A DNA stretch of 64,000 bases from a virus, in IMG/VR virus record IMGVR_UViG_3300005805_000047, positions 1 through 64,000 of that record, one strand, 5' to 3'. Of the stretch, positions 63,201 to 64,000 are shown piece by piece. The translations under genes and the position numbers were made by a program. Position 1 is the first letter of the stretch; every line of letters starts with the position of its first letter. A model generated the notes under the pieces. That model searched no databases. It worked only from the letters and a program-made list of their open reading frames with translations, and was not told the DNA's origin.

Positions 63201-64000
63201 AAGGACAAGAAATACCGATGTATTTGACCGCCACACAAGCAAGAGAAGTGCCACGACAAGACCGACAAAGTCCTACAGGGACAGTGTTTCCTCGGGGCGC
63301 ACTGGCTTCTCTTCAATGGGGACAATTGAAACCCCAGAAGAACGTAGTTTTGGAAGAATGTCCGCACATGTGGAGAATCTTCCCCCATTGCGAACCGATG
63401 CATCTATTGACCCAGAGGTTCAAAGAATAATCAAAGATGCAGGAGATCGGGATGTCTCTCAAATGATTGATGCGGCGGCTGCCGATTTCCATGAAGGAAT
63501 TGACAGAAGGCCACGACTACGGGTTTCTGATGACGAATTATCAAAAGTCATCTCAGACGGCGGTCGTTCATTTTCTGACCGAGGTCATTATTCAGCTGCT
63601 GAGCGAAACTATCAAACCCTTTATGGAATTCACCCAGATGTAGATGATATTGACAGGCCGGTATCCGGATACGTTGTTCATCCAGCACAAGACAGAGCAG
63701 CCCGAGATGCGATGCGACGGAAAGGTATTCAGGTTGGCGATGCACCAATAGAGTGGCCAAGTCAATCAAACCCCCATGGCGATGTTGATGCCGACGGTGA
63801 TATTGAGATAGTCCTCAAACCAGAGGTTTCTGGACGAACTGCTTATGGTTTCGGCTACGGAATTGACGAAAAGACCAGACCTGTTTGGATGAACTCATCA
63901 AATAACTCAGATATTGCCGATGCACTCGTTCACATGGACACAGTCAATGATCCAGAGGCATCCAAGACTCGAATGGTCAATGCATTGTCAGCTTTAGTTG
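60259..64000 (+). CDS. large multidomain protein (>1240 aa, 3'-truncated): zincin HExxH, KTSC, degenerate ART-like and DUF3626-like regions
   Basis: ATG 60259 after AAGGAG; frame 1 stays open to the window end (absent from the track because it has no stop). HEIAH at 61708, KTSC ~62405-62610, EGFASLG 60928, TGFSSMG 63301. Confidence 0.8.
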   Translation, partial: MSLGDGEKNKDIRKRANDFLSYGVLGCCPGVKALGKTVADKNSDKQPEKALPNVENNDGYRFDPSGKWEPGMMLNLFPNSSSRGAINGKPNFGWIPEMPAMTQDQTDQSFTEKLKKLADGPRVVQEVWEVDDSGNPTKLVQTDDPDAQNTESDIKEKGLGRTLREMNPNNTLIARAAKRFGVWVDDLGKFRCPPGTPNANQFTDEFGSTCFAVSASQIANAAQEGFASLGAWWKRRQQSKLPFYIDEFGNVTENIDIVSGRQEYRRVFTGSRARVRQRMQELEDNVNDLLRIHGITPSSNNNDDLIALIEKLNPDLKGKFITFRDSTMMKLTPSQQQRLKSLGISGQNIRDSERGFLMKIAEMALTDRDRFLRLGLVQASTIRMPDGSISEAITFVANPDAPLGDVKYTIKYDPIEIAINAKSQLLDVLDHQRLGLRTTGTASDEEAADLLHQFVVNETQWAGGMTASLGKNPFMAKGTHTAIHEIAHTIQVDKMIEKVKEQKGSSARLSKLTNREIFGLLADVGDDIDMEDLGLAVSDLDRVAFLGGRYGAVEYGNRGAVSELWKVEATAELYALREMGVIEGDDVDRALEFMDSMRGTRSREMREAGKKKNRKIVEREATKRRPADVPGARTASKPKRAKSVKSPKSAATLGDSILEKSLSKLDSEEIEALERIGDPRSKQIISLVDPKGSENAIKSIDSGYKFARKHGADLDEIDVTDSSAVERVAYDPKRKRLYVTYRGKDGESGKSYYYRKVDEEVVLELHKSKSKGKSINEIKRTHEVIDIDKIPEKVDKKNPEEGDIASQVQFNLIPTLTALDKSEVGEDMRVVISVNPSKTGGEIEDIKGVTTARIYHDGISLNPDEVVLAIPSDARGIPIKAGDFDREGTGSNSLLMMPPMKVAVITDKQGKRAELVDQEFSNTTLTRMLDEWPAGSDAKDGRLFNSSRNRVEEIVASHMAMGEGSGMLPDGSTTPMSARRIRTRNTDVFDRHTSKRSATTRPTKSYRDSVSSGRTGFSSMGTIETPEERSFGRMSAHVENLPPLRTDASIDPEVQRIIKDAGDRDVSQMIDAAAADFHEGIDRRPRLRVSDDELSKVISDGGRSFSDRGHYSAAERNYQTLYGIHPDVDDIDRPVSGYVVHPAQDRAARDAMRRKGIQVGDAPIEWPSQSNPHGDVDADGDIEIVLKPEVSGRTAYGFGYGIDEKTRPVWMNSSNNSDIADALVHMDTVNDPEASKTRMVNALSALV

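Noticed and set aside
5265-63769. Many 60-250 aa antisense or alternate-frame ORFs in the track (e.g. 6505-7230, 13809-14501, 27982-28731, 58780-59250)
   Set aside because: They shadow well-supported genes and show no recognisable motifs.

Overview
The whole window is part of a large tailed dsDNA phage genome with a contractile (myovirus-type) tail and an HK97-type head module. Leaderless TAnnnT promoters and an r1t-like holin weakly suggest an actinobacterial host. All family assignments are by-eye motif recognition; no searches were run. (1) 1-4.9 kb is a modification island: end of a (PVQPPVE)n Pro-rich protein, a GNAT, a CxxC protein, three 2OG-Fe(II) dioxygenase domains in two genes and a GT60/Gnt1-like glycosyltransferase. 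(2) 5.2-34 kb (minus strand) holds tail fibres (RCC1 repeats, a cupredoxin domain), holin, baseplate, tape measure with a C-terminal LAS/M15 peptidase, a tail chaperone with a probable -1 frameshift, tube, sheath and neck genes. (3) 34-41.7 kb (minus) holds ParB/PAPS-reductase/ParB, RuvC, HNH, a RecB-like nuclease, a Rad52-like annealase and the large terminase. (4) 41.8-64 kb (plus) holds the portal, a 4898-aa protein, a 477-aa acidic protein and a >1240-aa ORF that runs off the end. The main finding is the 4898-aa protein. It starts with an intact HK97 prohead protease and is then divided by 23 copies of a [DE]-G-[FL]-[AS]-S-[RG]-G-type peptide motif into discrete modules, several being recognisable stand-alone proteins (complete ArdC, DUF2958, six KTSC domains, acidic helical repeats, HTHs). 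It looks like a protease-led, head-packaged cargo polyprotein. No major capsid gene, RNA gene or CRISPR array was recognised in the window.
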